A stretch of 64,000 bases of DNA from Methanotrichaceae archaeon (lineage in GTDB: Archaea; Halobacteriota; Methanosarcinia; Methanotrichales; Methanotrichaceae), in contig CAVVKN010000007.1 of the NCBI GenBank assembly GCA_963748825.1, positions 1-64,000 of the forward strand. Reading direction: 5' to 3'. A program made the position numbers and the translations under genes. Each line of letters opens with the position of its first letter. The stretch's first letter is position 1. Positions 62,201 through 64,000 of this stretch are shown here, in pieces. Under the pieces are notes generated by a model. That model was not told the origin of the DNA and searched no databases. It was given only the letters and a program-made list of their open reading frames with translations.

Positions 62201-63129
62201 GGCCCAGCCCGTCGCCGAGGGCGAAGAGGCAAGAGGAGAAGCCGGATTACATCGATGATGAGGAGCTGGCCCGCCGCTGGATCTCCTACGCCGTGGGCAT
62301 CGTCATGGGCCGCTTTTCGCCTGACATCTCTGGTGCCCTGGGCCAGGGCCGTTTTTCTTCGCCGGTGGCAGCACAGCTTCGCTCCCTGGCCGACAACGAC
62401 GGCGTGGCCACCCTGGATGAAGGCCATCAGGACGATCTGGCCCGCAACGTCTGGAATACCCTGGAGACCGCTCTGGGCGAGTCCGGGGCCTCGGAGATCG
62501 TGGAGACCGTATTGGGCGATGGCCACCCCGAGTCACTGCTGCGCCGCTACCTGGAGCGGGACTTCTGGAAGCGACACCTCCAGCAATACCGGAAAAGGCC
62601 TGTCTACTGGCTGCTGCAGTCTCCGGCCAAGAGCTTCAGCGTCTACGTCTTCCACGAGCGGGCCACCAGGGACACCCTGCCGCTCATCATGGGCACGCGC
62701 TACGTCACCGGCAAGATCAACCAGCTCAAGAACCGCATGGACGAAGTCCAGATGGAGAAGAAGACAGCGGAAGGCCGGGCTAAGAAGATGCTGGAAAAGG
62801 ATCTGGAGGACCTGGAGACAAAGCTTCTGGACCTGGAAGCCTTCCAGGCTGCCATCCGGCGTGTACTGGGGCAGAAAGACGAACGGGGCGAGACGGTGGG
62901 CTGGGCACCGGAGATCGACGACGGCGTCATCCTGAACCTGGCTCCTCTGCATGGGCTGATGCCCTCCTGGAAGGAACCGGAGAAGTTCTGGAAAGAGCTG
63001 GAGGAGGGCAAGTACGACTGGTCCTACACGGCCATGCGCTACTGGCCGGACAGAGTGGGGGAGAAGTGCAAAAAGAACAAATCCTATGCGATAGCGCACG
63101 GAAGGATGGACGTGTACGAAGGCGGATGA
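59273..63129 (+). pseudogene. pglX: BREX adenine methyltransferase PglX (BrxX), with multiple frameshifts/stops as assembled
   Basis: PAATQLFTPRWIV, LDPACG, NPPY (60878-60889), TGDN.RFLR.WWEV, KW.PY.KGG...WYGN, Y.KRP.YW and IDDGV..N motifs spread over several frames. Confidence 0.93.
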
Positions 63130-63198
63130 CTGCTTGCTTATCTTGCGCAATCTATTTACGGACTTTGGACTTAGAGGAAAATTAGAAGGATGGATAAA

Positions 63199-63639
63199 AT
63201 GAGCGGTTCCGATGATTGGATCCATGCCGGTTTCAGCCAGTTTAAGAAAGCTTTCAGGGACCACTGGGAAAACGGATCAAAAAGAGAAGATCCGTCGCAC
63301 TATCTGCTGAGATTTTATTCTGTAGAATGCGGATTAAAATCCATGTACATTTATAGTAAAGATTAAACATATAAAATGAATAGCAAGAATATGCCCAATC
63401 ATGGGCATAGACTCGATTGGTGGCTTGAGGAACTCATGATCTCTGCAAGCGACATCAATCCTCCTCCAAAATTCACATTAAATAGTAGCATAAACATAAA
63501 CTCACCCAGAGAAATCTATAGATCACACGAAGCCTGGCGGTATGGAGTAAAAATGGACCCGACAAAAGAGAAGCTCCTGCTTGAGTGGTTTGATAAAGCT
63601 GAAAAATATATTAAGGATTACTTACAGGAGGCAATGTGA
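63199..63639 (+). pseudogene. HEPN-like protein with an in-frame TAA at 63364
   Basis: FYSVECGLK ... HGHRL ... HEAWRYG all in one frame, interrupted by a single stop. Confidence 0.6.
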
Positions 63640-64000
63640 TGATCCCGGATAATATTAGCCTCTTTACCTGGCTTGACGTTGAAGAGGTCCTTGTAAGATT
63701 GAGTCAAACAGGAGACTGGCCAAAATGGTTGCACTATGCTCGGACATATTGGGACCAGCTTTCGCTAAGCATACACCCGGGCAAAACTGAGGATGCAAAG
63801 AAATGGCTTGCTGGTGAATTTACACCCAGATTTAATGAAGAAAAAATGGAAATTGAACTGGAACGAGATATCGATAACGAACCCAGAGTACTTCCCGTCT
63901 ATCTGGAAGAGACTGAGGAGGAACTTGGGAGACTTCGAGTCAAGCCATCATTTACTAGGCCGGTTGCAATTCGACAAACGGTGCTGGAAGATCAACCTTT
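63639..64000 (+). CDS. 5' part of a large protein (possibly ParA/MinD-like ATPase), partial at window edge
   Basis: MIPDNISLFTWLDVEEVL...WPKWL..A.TYWDQL; overlaps the HEPN stop and stays open to the end; no ATPase motif inside the window. Confidence 0.6.
   Translation, partial: MIPDNISLFTWLDVEEVLVRLSQTGDWPKWLHYARTYWDQLSLSIHPGKTEDAKKWLAGEFTPRFNEEKMEIELERDIDNEPRVLPVYLEETEEELGRLRVKPSFTRPVAIRQTVLEDQP

Noticed and set aside
1-64000. tRNA, rRNA, integrase or prophage genes
   Set aside because: No cloverleaf/T-loop signatures, rRNA-like tracts, recombinase or virion genes recognised by eye; a tRNAscan/Infernal run would be needed to exclude them fully

Overview
64-kb window from a methanogenic archaeon, most likely Methanothrix (Methanosaeta)-like. 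This is inferred from mfnB, a cupin-type PGI, DUF166/DUF434 genes and GGAGGTGA-type RBSs. Layout: (1) 1-9.7 kb is a rearranged accessory zone. It has a ~3-kb tandem duplication of an acetyl-CoA hydrolase/transferase-GNAT fusion gene plus three basic micro-ORFs, a truncated IS4, vapBC relics and hicBA. Four same-orientation copies of an unannotated ~55-bp GC-rich hairpin motif sit at the module junctions. (2) A bacterial-type tgt with a Chlamydia-like GGSLG pocket next to a yhhQ transporter, suggesting queuine salvage in an archaeon. (3) 12-51 kb is mostly housekeeping and surface genes: mfnB, peroxiredoxin, ABC permeases, PPC-repeat secreted proteins, UbiA, PGI, fumarate/tartrate hydratase, CbiA-like, ModA, ALDH, hybrid kinase, serB, Na/Pi transporter, fdhA and a P-type ATPase, with a pseudogene/IS scar at 42.4-44.6 kb. 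(4) 51.5-64 kb is a defence island: BREX type-1-like brxA-brxB-brxC-pglX with an antisense AAA-ATPase + putative nuclease pair nested between brxC and pglX. pglX is shattered specifically over its specificity region and is followed by a HEPN-like gene and an ORF cut by the window edge. I saw no rRNA, tRNA or CRISPR array. All family calls come from motif recognition only; no database searches were run.
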